Made by a program: the position numbers and the translations under genes. Positions 11,742 to 26,400 of a DNA stretch of 64,000 bases are shown piece by piece (within the stretch, counting starts at the first letter, position 1; each line of letters opens with the position of its first letter). The notes under the pieces were generated by a model, which was not told the origin of the DNA, made no database searches, and worked only from the letters and a program-made list of their open reading frames with translations. Origin of the DNA: Phoronis australis (taxonomy: Eukaryota > Animalia > Phoronida); assembly GCA_002633005.1 (NCBI GenBank), contig NMRA01000043.1, positions 664,675 through 728,674 on the forward strand. Reading direction: 5' to 3'.

Positions 11742-14700
11742 TCACAGAACTGTTAGATATCTCGTAGTTACGGCTGCTACTATGGAAATGACGACCAGAA
11801 ATTTTACTATTCTGAAAAAGAATGATGCAGACTTCTGTTTTCTGTACGCAACTGTTCTTGTCTTGGTTCCTTTCTCGTACCGGCGACTGGCCTCCAAGAT
11901 GTTCTGCCGGGCACCTGACCATGGATGAGGACCTTTAAGACGGTACTGGACAGGAAAAGCGGTACCAAACAGCCCCTGAAAGGCCATCCGTGGGTCACGG
12001 AATACGTCTTGCCAAAACCTCGGTGTCACTCCTATTTGGTCTGCGAGTTCATCTCTGTATTCGACATTGTTCAACTAAAAAACAATATCAACACAATCGC
12101 AATTCTGTTGGTGGAACGTTAACGCCCGCGCAAATGCCCATATTCTTTGGACTTTTCCAGCAATACTTAAACAATAGTAAAACACGATTAAATATGCCAG
12201 TGTTCTTATTTCATGGACACTTAGTTTTACAGCTTTGAACGCGTTCAATTACGATAACAGTTGTTGAAAACTGCCGTTGTCTTCTTTATATCTTTTCTCC
12301 GGCACAAATGCTCGGAAGTTGCAAATGGCGTGTACAGTGTATATTGAAGTAAAACCCAAAATATCATGATACAGCTCTTTCATCAACATTGACTTATCAT
12401 ACTCACAAAGTTAACATTTAAAATTTTTACCTTCAGTTTGAAATGCCCATACTTCTTTGTTTGTATAGCATGCCGTCTTTGAACGTCTGCCATCATTTCT
12501 TTTTTGGACGGAAGTTGATCTAATCCTGAGAAGACTCGCGCCACCCAGCGGGCCTGCAGCTCGAAAACTGGTGAATGGGCTCCTACAGTTGAGACGCAAC
12601 CAACCAGTGACAAAGTGTTATGCTTGGCATGAACTGGCCACACGAACTTGAACACTTCGAGATCTTCCTCTCTTTCTGAAATTGGAAGTAGCGCAAACGA
12701 ATAGTAAAACGCGTAACGGGCATATTCAGGCGTGCGTTCAGTAGACGCTAGTACCTACACTAGGACCTAGCTAAAACCTAGTCAAAGTCACGTGCTCTCA
12801 TTTAAAATACACGGCAGTATCTCCCGTAATATCGTGAAGTCTTGCTTTTTAGCGAGGTCCTAGCGTTACTGAACGGGAGGCAGGGTTTAAACTAAGAATG
12901 AATGAGTGCGGTTGAAGTCATTGTGAACGAAAAGTGGTAAACATTGAGCTGGATTACTTAGACCGTTTCGGTCAACTGGCAGACAAATAAGTGGACATGA
13001 GATAATAAAAGAGCTGTATATAATAGTGAGTAAAGTAGATGTTTGGCATCAGCCTGATGTTGCAGTTACTGAAGAAAACAGATAGTTATGTCATACCTGC
13101 AATGACACCCTTTTCTATGAAGTCATAACCGATAGTATAACCAGTAGCGAAAATGACAGCGTCCAGGTCGTCAAGTTTTGTGCCGTCATCAAACTCCGCC
13201 CCGTGCTTGGTGTATTTGGTGACGTAAGGCCTCGCCTGCACTTTTCCTCCAATTATTCGCCATCCGAGTTCATCGTTGACCATAACAGCAGAGTTTAAAG
13301 GGTCGGTGGTGGATTGAAGCCCGAACTTTTCGTGGTCCATTCTTGCAGACAACTTTCTCTTTAAGATTTTGTTGGTGAGCCATTCTGGTGCGTGATTAAT
13401 TATAAACCTTCTCAGAATGAGGTCACGTGGTTGGCCATTTTCAGCCATTCTTGTAATTACCCAAGTGCCACTACCGACACTAAGGTGTACCTGTAATCAA
13501 AAAGCTTCATTTTATGACGACAGCCATTTCTTCCAGTGAGACTTGATAACTTGTGGTTAGACAATGTCATAATTTGCGAACACAGCAGTTCCTCGGGCGT
13601 TTGAAGGCGTTTCAGTCAATTTGGTATATTTCACCACTAACAGTTTTTCGAATCGCCAGTTGTTTTATAGAATGGCGTACGTAGCTAATAACAACCATGG
13701 CAGGCCTACCTCGATGCTTGAACCTGTCTTATCTGAATGAACTGAGATTGATGCCAATGTGTGATCAATCTTTAACTGTCTCAAAGACTTGGAATCATGG
13801 ATATGCCTCTGGGTGTAACAGTTGATTGTTTAGATCGTTTTGTGTGGCTTCATGACGGCAACAGTTGCATTAAATCATTATGGGGAACACACACATGGAT
13901 ATGAATCTGCTGCTGAGGTGATCCGCAAAAGAATTTCGCCATATTTTCATTGTTCTTCTGAGACTTCACAACAGTAACTATGACCTAACTGCGTTTGTTG
14001 AAAACTACCCGTTTTAGAAAATTCTTTAAAAGTTTGTAGCTTTATGCATGGCAACTGGATTGGAGTGGGAAAACAAGATTGTTGGCTGGTATTTTCTTTA
14101 ATTTCTCGCGAGTGAAACTTACCATTTTTGCGTGATGACTGACCTCAGCTGCCACATCTCCGGCTGAGTTTGCATTACCTACAATAGTTCAAGTGCTTTA
14201 AGAGGCATGGAACGCAAAAGCTCTTAAAAATATCTCTAAACAAATTAGAGTTATTCACATTGAATATTGCAAGAATTTTTATAAAAAATCGTGAAATTCA
14301 ATATTTTTGAGACACAGATGAAACATAAACTCTTTAATCGCAATACAGCTTTCAAATATCCACCACTAATAATAATATACGCCAAAGAAGTCGAACTGGC
14401 TGCTGTTTGAAATCGCCATTTTTGTTCATGTCAAAGGCCAAAGGTCACGTTTTCTGTACAACGGAAATACGCTTCGTCTAGGTTTTGCCACAACAAATAA
14501 GGAGACGTGTCGAAACATTCATGAAGTGACGAGTAGCTGCCAGATATTTATTTTGAAATTTGAAACTATTGCAAAAATGCTTTGACATTAACAGAAAATC
14601 AAAATCTTTAAGAGCAAACCGTAAAAATACCTAGTGAACAACCTGACTTCTATTTCAGCGGCACAGAATAATGCGGTTTAGTCTATTTTCACGTTCGGTA

Positions 14701-16620
14701 CCACTTTAATCAACAATTTTTGTGCATGATTTATGTTCTCATCAGTCAAGACTGTTTTGTAGTCATAAAAACAAAAAGTCACGTTAGGAGAAAAACTGCA
14801 AGTCTTACCCACGACCAGGACGTTCTGGTCAAGGAAGTCGTTGGCATGTCTAAAGTCTTGGCTATGGATAACTCGTCCTTCAAACTTGTCTAGCCCCGGT
14901 ACGTCAGGAATAAACGCGTTCTTAAAGACCCCAGTCGCCACAATGACGTACGGGAACTCATACGTCACGCTCTTTCCTTTGGCTGCTTCTTGCACTTGGA
15001 TCGTCCAGTTTCCGGTTTCGTCGTGATCTTGCGACTTCTCCAGTCGAATGATTCTCGTGTTAAATTTAATGTACTTTTTTAGGTCAAAGTGATTCGCGTA
15101 GTCGTGTAAGTATTCGTAGAACATGCGATGGGGCATGTATGGCGGATAGTGGTCTGGTATAGGGAAGTCACTGAACGTCATTAGTTCTTTACTTGAGTTT
15201 GTGATCAGTGAAGGATAAATCGTGGCCCCTTGATTCGGTCGCGTCTCGTCCGAATAGTACCACAAACCGCCTGTAAATCAAAAAGAACTCCGAAAATCAA
15301 TACACAACGCAATTAAATATATTTTTTTTTGTCATGAGACATCTACAACAACGACACGTAGAACAAAATAGAACTTTTAACATGCGCTGATTTAGATGGG
15401 CAGGCTCCCCTACTAACAAAAACGCCGTCAGCATGCCGGTTTTAGGCAAGCTCAGGCATTTTCATTGGGCCTCTCATAGATCTGCCAACATGGAAATCTG
15501 AAACATTTCCATTGAGTTTACGCCCGTTGTCTAAGTGACGACACGCCTTTAAAGCAAAATATTTACATTTTTCCTTAGACAAATTTCTAACCTAGTGAAA
15601 AGACTTGTAAATCTATTAGGCACCACTGCGAAGTACGGGAACTCAAGTATCAGGCATTGCATACAAGCGCCATTTCCGAATTTCTAATTTTAGGCTTAGC
15701 CAACCACAATATTTTTTCAAATGAGACTTTCTTACTTAGTTTCAAAGTAGATGGAATGGTTCCGCACATTTTCTTATCCACTTTGGGCCATAAAATGATT
15801 TGAAACAAACCTATACCTTGCCCTAAACATGTGTTTACTTTTTGATTTGCTCAGTTAGTATGCTCTTAATTAGCAGTTGCCGTGCGGAATATTACGCACT
15901 AACTCCGCAAAGTCGGTGCACTTGCAGAATAGTACGTAAGTTGCCACAAGTGGGGCAAGTTGCACTAGTTTAAATAGCGTCCAGGTCATAACAGCTGCAG
16001 CAACGAAAAGAGGTTCAGTAGGTCTGAACTCAGCTATAGCTGGCCTGAGATCAGTATTAACATGAGAAATTCACCTAGTAAACTGAAGTTTGACTAAAAC
16101 TTGCTCCTGAGCCAAGGTGGGGCGTTTTCTTGGGTCGCTGGCGTTCTTGCAGGGTTAGGAATATTTTGAAACCGATTTTGTGAGAGTAAAAACTTTTTAG
16201 CCAGCTAAACAGTTTAAACTGCGGCGAACTCCCTTAAAAGATTCATTTCGCCAATTTGAAAGTCAGCTAAATTAGTTCACATGAAATAGTAACATAAAAT
16301 TTAAAATCAACAATAAAGATTAGTAGAAATACTAATTTAACGAAAACTCAAATTACTATGAAAATATATTATATAAGTAGTTTGATATTGACTTCCAACC
16401 AAAAGATTAGCCGCTAAACAAATGGTCACTACTCGTCAAACAGGTGTCATTACAGGGGTAATGTAGCACTAGACTTTCCCAGGAATACAATGAACAGCCT
16501 ACCGATTTGGTCATGTTGTTCAAAGCAAACAGGTTCTAGTCCTTCTTCCAGACATTCCTTGATGCTCACGAGACCTGCCACTCCAGCGCCTAAAATGGCT
16601 ACACTCTTCTTGGCATTCAT
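11742..16620 (-). CDS. FMO: Flavin-containing monooxygenase (FMO5/FMO2-like), complete, 6 coding exons, 535 aa
   Basis: Exons 16620-16503, 15270-14809, 14178-14123, 13490-13097, 12675-12431, 12074-11742 (1608 nt, phases consistent). Motifs: FAD site [23 protein letters not shown] motif [16 protein letters not shown] loop [28 protein letters not shown], and a C-terminal hydrophobic membrane anchor. Confidence 0.95.
12728..12880. mobile_element. Palindromic MITE in an FMO intron
   Basis: cgttcagta...tactgaacg inverted ends; homologous to 4988-5135. Confidence 0.55.
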
Positions 16621-16775
16621 GATTAGAACCTAAAACGAAATTAATGTTGTACGTGACGTCACCGCAAGGCGCAGCTTTTAGTGACCACTCAAACTAAGTT
16701 TGTCGAGCCGACTGCAGATTATGGACCCAACGCAATGAGTTTTTACAAGTTTCACAGGCCTTTTCGTAGAATTTT

Positions 16776-16931
16776 CAGGGGGTGAATCCAGGATTTTGAG
16801 TTGGAGGCATGACAGAGTATTAGCCAGGATTTTGCCTATCAGACATAAGCACCCCCGAACTGCCATATGGAATCTGGCAGAATTTTAGGGGGCTGTGGAA
16901 CCGGCCTTGCCTCCCCCCAAATCCGCCACTG
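16776..16931 (-). mobile_element. CAGTGGCGG MITE, copy 2
   Basis: Reverse-orientation homologue of 8607-8743, ending atccgccactg. Confidence 0.75.
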
Positions 16932-17281
16932 TTTTAGCGAAAAGAATCCAGTGTAGAAGTCTTTATCAGAAATTATCCTATTTTCCCTAAAAAAGGCAAG
17001 GAGCAACCCCGCTTATCAGTAAATTAGATTGACCTTGGGCGTTTCATCGCCTCCGACGTGTACCCAGAGAGTGGGCAGCGTCTCAGTTCAAGGCTAATAA
17101 TGAGACAAGATCTTTTAATACACAACCGAAGAAAGAATGCGCGATACAAAATGTAATTACTGAGAAACCCATCACGCGACCTTAGAAAATTACTTAATTT
17201 TTATAGTTAGAATCAAAGCATAAAATAGTACTCGAGGAATAGTACTCAATTGTGAAAAATTAAGAGAGATTTTAAGCTTAC

Positions 17282-17362
17282 CTTGTTTTCTCAGCACGGC
17301 CCTCTATATTGTCGTCGCAGGATATTCTAAAATTGTAAACCCCGGCCAGCCGTCTATTTATA
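17282..17362 (-). promoter_or_regulatory. Probable FMO TATA box and non-coding first exon
   Basis: Minus-strand TATAAATA at 17362-17355, a strong donor AAG|GTAAGC at 17282/17281, and an acceptor TTTTAG 9 nt before the FMO ATG. Confidence 0.6.
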
Positions 17363-17869
17363 GGAGCATTAATCTAACCCGAACAAGGAAATTAATGCGA
17401 ACCCTGCCAGTCAACAAGGCGATTGTGCTACGCTGACATTCCGCGAAACTGACGATAAGGATTGGTGCTTCCTTATAACGCGTCAATCAAAACAATTGGT
17501 CTCTCATGATTGGTTCAGGAGCACTCGGGGGTAGGCCTCAGTGACTTCAGAGCTCTTCCCTCACTGCTGTTGTCCTGTTTTCATCTTGTTCTATAAATTT
17601 ACGGGGCTGTTGTTGTACAAATGCGAACATGCAAACGGTGCAAATGATGTGTTTTCTAGGTCTTCAGCAGAAGTGTTCAGTTTTACTGAGTTAGGGGGGC
17701 CAGGGCACAGGAATAACCAGAATTTCGCCACATGCGCGTCCAGCCTAAAATGTAGGGATGCAGGGGCCTCGAATTACTAAAAAAACGATAAACGGGGTTT
17801 ATTCAAGGACTATGCATTGTGCCATTCGCCCCACGAGCCCCTCTGGGCGCGCGCATATGCTAGTCAGCA

Positions 17870-17968
17870 TTTCGCCCCCCCCCCAAACTGCGAAATGGTA
17901 TCTGGGAGAATTTTAGGGGTGGCCATGGCCCCCTTGTGCCACTCCCCCCCCCCCTAAATCCGCCAGTG
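17870..17968 (-). mobile_element. Partial CAGTGGCGG MITE copy
   Basis: tctgggagaattttagggg...ccccctaaatccgccagtg matches the family end. Confidence 0.55.
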
Positions 17969-18469
17969 CAAACCCTCTGTTTGGGAAATAGATTTGCTTT
18001 CGGATGCCTCTGACCGTTCACAAAACTATACAGTGTAAAAAATACAATAGTCATACCCCTTTGTTTCAGTGGTTATAGCCGCAGAGATTTTGCCAAAGAA
18101 ATTGCAATAATGATCTCGTGTTCACAGGCAGACCAGTGAGACATCGTGCCAACCAACACTGAGACCATTAATGTTATAGAAACTTGTCAGAACCAGCATG
18201 GCGGATTTTAAATAAGCGTTGAATGTTTTGATATGCCCCTAACCGCTGCATAGCACGTCCAAAGGACATTCCTGTGATTTTATTTAGCCAGGAATCTAAC
18301 ATGTTCGTGATTGAACCATTCAACACCGGAGGCTACAGGGGTCATCGAATATTTTGTTTTAGGTGTCTTGATCTGTAATGTTCTTCCGTTTAAGAGAATA
18401 TGGTAGGTTTTGTAGTCTCGCTCCCCGATGGCTAGTGGTGTCCGGATCAAGTCCTTTAAATATCGTGTC

Positions 18470-20420
18470 ATGATTAACATCAAAGTTATATTCCTAAATG
18501 TCCGGGTTATCAGTTGAAGTCATATATTAACACGGAATTTACAGCAGCAGGGAGTTTGCTACAGGATAGGAATGTGAATAGGGTGGTAGCATTATTGCAA
18601 GCCATGATACAAACCATAGCAAAGGAACTTCTATTTTATTCCAACCTTTTTTTAATTTTGAAATGGTTTCATTCATAAATGGCCCAGCCGAGGTATACTA
18701 TGATAAAGTTCAGAATTCCACAGGAACATCTTGTTTTTCTTAATGTATACTCCCCAAATGAAACTAGAAAACAACTCGATTTTGTAGAAATCTCCAGCAA
18801 AGTGATCCCCAGTAACACGCACAGTTCTAATATGCTATGCGTGGGTGATTTTAACTGCCCGTTGTCAGATTTAGAAAAAATAGGTAAGCTCGAATTTTCT
18901 ACAAAGCTCCAGGTTACTCATAAGATTAAAAGTTTTGGATATGGAGAGAAAAATTAGTTATCAGGGAATATACATGGCGTTACAAAAATGCATGTCAAAT
19001 TTTAATTGACTATTGGATGGTTGCCAAAACGTTCCTAACAAAGCAATTTGATATCATTTACGATTTCGTATTCTTTCGCCACTCTGCCGTCGGACTGACT
19101 ATTGACATCTCCAAAAATGAAAAACGTGGCCCGAGATTATGGAAATATCATAAAAGTTATTTGGATGACCCTGGTTATTTTAGAAAAATTATCCATTGTT
19201 ATTCCACATGCAGGAGATCGTGTGTGAACATCGAAAACAGAAATCTTGTGTGGGAATTAATTAAAATGGAAATAAGAAAAATATCTCTCGATTACGCTAA
19301 AACAAAAAGGAAAAAAGGACATTCCCACCTAGTTGATGAAATTAGAAAGTTGAAATGTCAACTGAAGTTGAAAATAACCCGGCTGAAGATGAAACCAAAT
19401 TAGCTTTGAATAAAGCAAGAACTAAACTCCAATTAATTCAAACCGATTATAAGGAGTAAAGTCTATTGGTTGGAAGAAGGGGAAGGCTCCCAATATTTCA
19501 AATAGCTTGAAGTGAGAGACTGCAGTCAAAAGCAAATCCGCTCATTAAAAGATGGAGACCAAATGGTCAGCTGTCGTACAGGAGTAAGAGAGTTACAAAG
19601 ACAATATTACAACAATATCTATTCTAAAACAACAATTGTGAATCACCTCCAGTCCTATTTTCACTCCCAACAACAACTGTCTGAGCAATAGTCTTTGGAA
19701 CTCGATCAGGATTTAACTGAAGACGAAATCTTCGAGGCTATCCAAGGACAGAATCTAATAAACCCAGGACAATTCAGTTTTATACGATATTCAGAGCGGA
19801 AACAAAACATGCCCAAAGAAGCGAATTGTCTACTTCATGATCGAGACAAAGTATCATAAATATTATGCTCTTGGATTAAAAACTCCATTTCGCATACATT
19901 TGCATAAAAAACCGGTAATTATGCACTCTCAAGTAATCTTCACAATGAAAAAGAAATTAAAGAAATTGATTATATACCTTTCACCCTTCTCACCAATTCA
20001 GAATTAAAGAATTTTCGATACCTGTTTACACATAAAGAATATTTACAAATGTGACGTTATACAAGATGGGAGTACTCCAAAGTGATGAGTGTTCCTATTG
20101 TGAAGATACAGACTTTTCTCCATCATTATGTTCTACTATTCAATTGCACTTGTGTTAGAGCACTCTGGAAACACTTTTGAATAACGTCTTCAGCACACAG
20201 TTTGGGATATCATAGACTTTTCAAAACCCCAATTCAAATCACAAATTAATTTGCAGCACTGTTATACTCGCCCTTTTCTTCATTTATCAACAACGAAGGA
20301 AGAAAAAGCTCCTACGTATTCAACACAAGTTACTCGAGTTTATTAGTGCAATTGTAATAAATACCTCACACACAAATGCAGATAAATTAAGAGATCTGCA
20401 GACACTTATTTATCCAAGAA
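18470..20420 (+). mobile_element. Decayed L1/Tx1-clade LINE (endonuclease and C-terminal remnants; most of the RT appears deleted)
   Basis: APE endonuclease motifs FLNVR, LNVYSPN, VGDFN, IDYW, then GPRLWKY and WELIKMEIRK, WLEEGE. A C-terminal CSYC remnant lies near 20090. Many stops and frameshifts. Confidence 0.8.
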
Positions 20421-20734
20421 ATGCGCAGAATTCAACCGTTGTTTTCATTTTTGCTGACATATTGGCATTTTGGTATTTAATCCAAAGTGTTATTACGCCA
20501 TGTTAAGTATTAGATATAAGAATTTTCATATAACTTCATTTTATATACGTGTCTTTATGCATGTGTACTTTTATTTTCAATGTTCACACGGTGTCATTGT
20601 GTGTAAGGCTAGATCTGAGGCGCACAACCTCAGACTGGCATTACTACATTGTCAAGGCAGTGAAGTCTTTTGGCTTGATGAGATCGTACAATCATTTTCC
20701 AGTTGCACTGTGCTTGGACCATCATGACGTGATA

Positions 20735-21835
20735 TAGTTAGTTTTTGACGTCTCTAGTCCGTTTACCAACATACCCGCTGACGAAACCACATGTTTTGAT
20801 ACTGTGTTCAAATATTCAGCAGATCTTATCGACAAATCATCAAAGCAAGAACTCTGTAACTACGAATGAAACAGAGTCACTTTATGTACATGCCAATCAG
20901 CTATCTGAAATCTTCAAGGTCAACTTTGAGACCTGACGCAGTGGCAACAGAATCTGTCCCCTCATAATTATTGCTTCTGGCAGACGTTATGTCGACGAGA
21001 CATTTATTGCTTTCGGTTACGGTAACTAAGGTTTCAAATGGCCTATAAACCATGTAGCGAATATTCGCTACACTGTGCAATACGGAAATAATTTGACACC
21101 CCGTTTTGGATGTATTTATCACAGAGCTTCACGATGGGACGTAAGTTTTATATTCTCGGACAACACAAATCTAGTATGTTACTCTCAACTTTCTCAGGTC
21201 TCCATGCTAAATGGGAACGTTTGGAATATAATTCAAAATGATGGAATCTGATAACATGCCTTCTTTACCGACAATGGCGGATTTGTTCGGACAATCTGAA
21301 TATTGAAAAGGAGCGTAGCCTTCACTAAAAACAAACCCCTAGCTAATGGCTTACCTCCGAAATGCTTTGATTTTCATGCAACGAAGATTTCTATCATGTG
21401 GTCATACTCCTGACAAGCAGTATATTGACTCACGAGAGGAGAAGGCCTTCATTTCTATCCCATTTGTTGGTGATTCAAGATACAAATTGAAAACACAATT
21501 TTGAAAAGTGTCTTGCAAAAATGGTTCCTCCTTTGAAACCACCAAGTTGTTTACTTCAAGTCTCTCTCAATTGAAGTGTAATACATTGTATTTTGACCTG
21601 AGAAATGTTGTATCTATGATTGATTATCGGGATTGCCCGAAATTTCATGTTAGTTTGAAAACACGTCTCAGTCAACGCATAAATGAAAATATAAAAACGG
21701 CAACAGTGTCATCTATCGTTACTCTGTGACTACTCGGCATACAGTTGATTTTGACAATTCACATGCCCTTTGTTACGAGAACAACGTCCCTCTGCTTGCA
21801 CATCAAAGAGTCCCTGAACATAATATCACGTCAAC
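20735..21835 (+). mobile_element. Decayed Penelope-like retroelement (RT and GIY-YIG remnants)
   Basis: FDVSSPFTNIPADET (RT motif), RYVDETF (degenerate YVDD), FISIPFVG, NVV..I..R.CP, GHTVDFDN and HIKESLNI-type GIY-YIG tail. Confidence 0.75.
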
Positions 21836-23472
21836 TAGGCTACAGCCCGGGTCATGACTCCCGCCATACAGTGATTTGCGCCTGAACCGCCCCCTACCTC
21901 TTTTCCCCTCTCAGCGGTCGTTGGCTGTATAGACTTCTTATATGATTCTTTCTGCCAGTACTGCCAATGGTTTCAGTTCTAGCCAAAACGTATGCGTACA
22001 TATTTATGCAAATATGTTTATTAAAGCGTTCATCGTCACCTTCCTCACCATTTAGCCTAGACTGCCAGTTGGGTATATCGCTGGATGAAAATGTTTTTAA
22101 GAATCCGTTTTAATTACCTAAGGAGCTATCAAAAATAGGACATTTATGATTTTTGTAAAAAATTAGCATTTGCGTAAAACGAAAAGGAAGCGATAATGAA
22201 GAAACTGTAACAGCATCCTTGGGATTTTGTGTTCAACAATTTTATAGCAAGTCAGTGAAACACCCATGTTCGTCTTGAAACCGTTCTTTCCTACGAATAT
22301 GCCTTCTATTCTCAGCTAAGTTTTACTGAAAAGTACTTGGTCACACGACTTAATTAATGGAAGATTCGTATTAAGTCAAAAATGAAATTCTAGAGGCTTT
22401 CAACTTTCAGAATATATATAATTTTATTGAGTTGAAGTCTATAGTTTTGAGGATATTTGGTTAAATACAAACACTTGGGAATTTAACAAGCATACTTAAT
22501 TCAAATTCAAATCATACTTATAACGCAGTTGGAATATTGTACATGAGACCATCAATCTGACCATGAGAATTTTCGACGTGTTTTACAAATTCTTCAGTGT
22601 TACTCAAGATATTTGGAATAACTCTCGTGACTGTGAAAAATCGTAAAATCGGTGCAACATACCTCTACTAAAGTTAAAGTTGCACGAGTAACAAGTAACA
22701 ATTAAAACGTACTTTAATAGAAAAGCGAAAATCGTCTAATTATCATATCCTCGATACCAAGCTTCGTGATAAAGTCCCGATTTCATTGTCCGTAATTTTC
22801 ATTCGAATTTTGGGCTGCAATCCGAGGGACTTTCCCGAATTTTTGAAAATTACGGTCAATAAGTCGGATGATTTGAGAGGGCTAATAATTGTTTTGAACA
22901 TGTTCAAACATTCCTTGGAAATTTATTTGGGGGTAATCAAGAAGTCCCCATCTTTAAACTTGCACATTTTAATGACCTTTGAAAATTAAATTCTGCAATT
23001 TTGACATGGAAGAGAACATAGGGGCTCATGATGGGTAATACTGCTAATAACATTTCCAGAAACTGCATTAAATCATAAAAACACACAGTTTCTTTTTTCA
23101 CATTAGACATTTTTGGAATTTATGGGCGTTGCCTGATGGCGAAATTCGGAACTACCATTCCATTCCTTTGACAATGTTATTAACCTTGTAACTAGAAATG
23201 AATAACCAAACTGACACATCATCAATTATTTCATAACACATTTACACACATTTTATTCTTGTATTTCCATTTAAAATAGTTCACGTTGAACTGAGTACAT
23301 ATCAACACCTATCATTTAGTAATTAAAATTTCTCTCACATGCTATTTTAAAAAGATGATTGAGTTTTTCCTTAAGTGTTTCGCATATAGGCGCATTCACC
23401 TGATTCCACTTATTCGAGCAATATTACAAATTGACTTTACACATGGAACTTATATCACAATTGTAAAGTTAT

Positions 23473-26400
23473 CTAATTTTCATCATCAACAAGATCGGTG
23501 TTGAGTTGTTTTAGCATCTCTGGCTCTTTTGCGGCCTCTTTGCGACGTTTTAGTCTCTTTGCGCGCCTCTGCCGACAAACAAAGAAGATAACCAAGATTG
23601 CGGCGAGCACCAGCAAAAGGACACACCCAACAACTACAGGGACAGTTTTGTCCGAGTTCACAACAACCTCCTGTTTTGTCGTAGTTGACTGGTCACTGAA
23701 ATCGTAGATGGCATACAACGCGTTAAGACAAAACAATAATCCAACAGTAACTCAAATTATGCAAATGACACAGTAATTTTATCATTCAAATATCGAAAAA
23801 GCAAGAAGTTTGTTTTCACAAAGATGCCCCCCCCCCTCGCATCCGGCCATACCGATCCACCACATGCCCTTACTTCAAATGACGCACAATACAGTGTGAC
23901 CAGAGTAATGCGATTACCAAACAGTTACTATGATGCCAACTAAAACAGATCATCTTAAAAATAATACTTTGTAAAAGTGTCAAGATGTCAGTTATATCTT
24001 AAATGACAGTATAGTAAGAACCCGGATATGCATGGCCGAAACCACAAACAGTATATGGGTATTCGTAGACGTTCTTTAGAGGCGTAACAGGTTGTTTATC
24101 GACTAGACTTCCTTTTTATGGCAGTTGACTGTTTTGGTAATGCTTTTTACACTATTTGTCATTGATTTTGCCTGCGCCTAGACGTTGTAAATCCGCCTTT
24201 TTCTCAAACCCGTCTGATTTCAGAAAATACACCTTTCGATTCAGGCCACTTTACAGTAATGAAAATCGGTAGTTGTTCCTTGAACAAATTAAAGGTGAGG
24301 CTTGGTAAGAACTGACCTTCGTTAGTGCTTGAGATGAAGCTGTACATCTTGACATGATACGGTGTGTCATTCTATGTGCCCCCCATGGTCTCATTGACGT
24401 GATACGGAGTGTCATTCTATGTGCCGACCATGGCCTCATTGACATGCTATCGTGTGTCATTCTATGTGCCGACCATATAGTCTCAATGACATGCTACGGA
24501 GTGTCATTCTATGTGCCGACCATGGCCTCATTGACATGCTATCGTGTGTCATTCTATGTGCCGAACATGGTCTCAATGTACAGTCAATTCTTTGCAACGA
24601 GCTCAGAAATCACTTCTCGTCAAAGTAAGTAACAAGTTAAGACCACTGCAAATGTCTTGCTCTTATTAAAGTGACACGGGCAAGGAATTCAATTTCGAAA
24701 TTAAAATGACGGACAATCTCTATTACAATAGGACTGAAGCCTCGCCTGAAGATAGCCGAAACCGGGACATTCTATATTAATTATAGCCATAAGTGGTCTT
24801 AATCAAAAGTTCGCTTCTTTGACGCAACACGGGTTTATTGTTAAGAATTGGAACATTAAACCAACATCTAAACACTACAAAATCGATATTATACAAAAGC
24901 GATTTCATCATGATTTTTCATATTTTATCTTTAAGGTGGACGGGAATTGATGTCAATACCACCAATAATAGCAAAAATGAGAATTTTTCGAGAAAGTAGG
25001 AAAGGTTTTAGCTCTCAGAAAGTTGACATTTCGGACTACGGTGGATTACGAATAAATTGAAATGACCTACCACCGAAAACGCGAAATATCACCAACGAAG
25101 AACTTGATCACTTTCGGGCAAATCACAATCAAGGTCCATATTCGGTGGCCATTTTTGTTGAAAAATGAAGTATGTCATATAACTATAAAAGCTGAGTTAT
25201 TTTAAAGTACCATCATTCCAGGTTTGTAATCTAAAGTATTATTGTACAACTTGAAGAACCACCAAATAAAATTTTATGACCCGATGCATCACAGTTGTAT
25301 AAAAGGGTACGTACAGTACCTGTGTAATGTTTTGTACGGTGGCGTGTTGAGTTTATGTAGCTTGATTAGGTGGTACAGAACAGTTAGGCATTTTCTAGTC
25401 CCTAGAATTTAAATACAGGGCGTGTGTCAAGTTTGGAGAGTGGTTTGAGGAATTTGTTGAAAAAAATTGCAAGGAAACTGATTTACTTGTGTATTTGAAT
25501 GAGAAAAGACATGCTTTTTAGCCTTGACCCACTTTCCATGCAACATGGTGGCTGCTGCTTACTTTCAACCCCCGTCGCCTGTTGACTAAGAAAACGGGTG
25601 CGATTTCAGGTGGCTGCCATGTAAGGGGCGTACTATAATCACATTTTTAATCTAGAGCGAACGAGCATTCCGAATCTGTTGTCAGATTTTTTCTAGCGCT
25701 TGCAGGGAAGTAGTAAATGGGGAAAAAATGTTAAATTTGGCGTTTCTTAGTTCTATTTTTGTGTGCCGGTATTTTTTCCCGGTGTGAATTAACCGATTAA
25801 AAATCTGCAGCAGAATTAAGTTTCAGTTATCATGAGTAGCGCTTTTGAGTTGGGAACGCCAAAAAACCTTTTCGTTCTTTCAGACTCTCGATACGGACAT
25901 GAGATAAGGACTCGTCTCTACTTTTGTATGTGTCGGCAGCCAAAACCCTGCAATCAGTAGAACTGTAGAGTGCCTCATTATGCCCCTGGTTAACTTGAAC
26001 GGGTTATGACCGCCTGACACTGGCCGATGTTACCACCACTCAGTGATACGATAGATTAGGTGGATATTACCAGAACGATTTGATGTTGCTGAATTTTGAT
26101 GGGCCCTTTCATAGCTCTCCTGAGCACATAAACGAACCAGATGACCGCCATTTTCCTGCATGGAAATGTTCATGTCACCAGTAATGTACAACATCTACAC
26201 GAGACGGCATGCCAGTATGACTATACGGGGGGTAAGAATACTAACTTTCGCAGATGATGCCCTTATATATACAGCAGGCACCAACAGAGATGACATAGTT
26301 GAGGTTACGGGAAAGGCTCTGAAGGAGGTCAATGAATGGTGTGATGAATATAATGCAGTTGTGAACCCCACTAAAGCAACAGTGCTCTGGTGTTCTCTGG

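Noticed and set aside
23473-23695. LAMP2A/B/C-style alternative terminal TM exon of the LAMP gene
   Set aside because: The LAMP penultimate donor (36769) is phase 1, whereas this exon needs phase 2 (nearby AGs give phase 0). It also lacks the final Cys and the GYxxPhi tail.
24349-24577. CRISPR array or repeat-protein ORFs (24354-24632, 24251-24460)
   Set aside because: A spacer-less 45-bp tandem repeat. The ORFs arise because the unit length is a multiple of 3.
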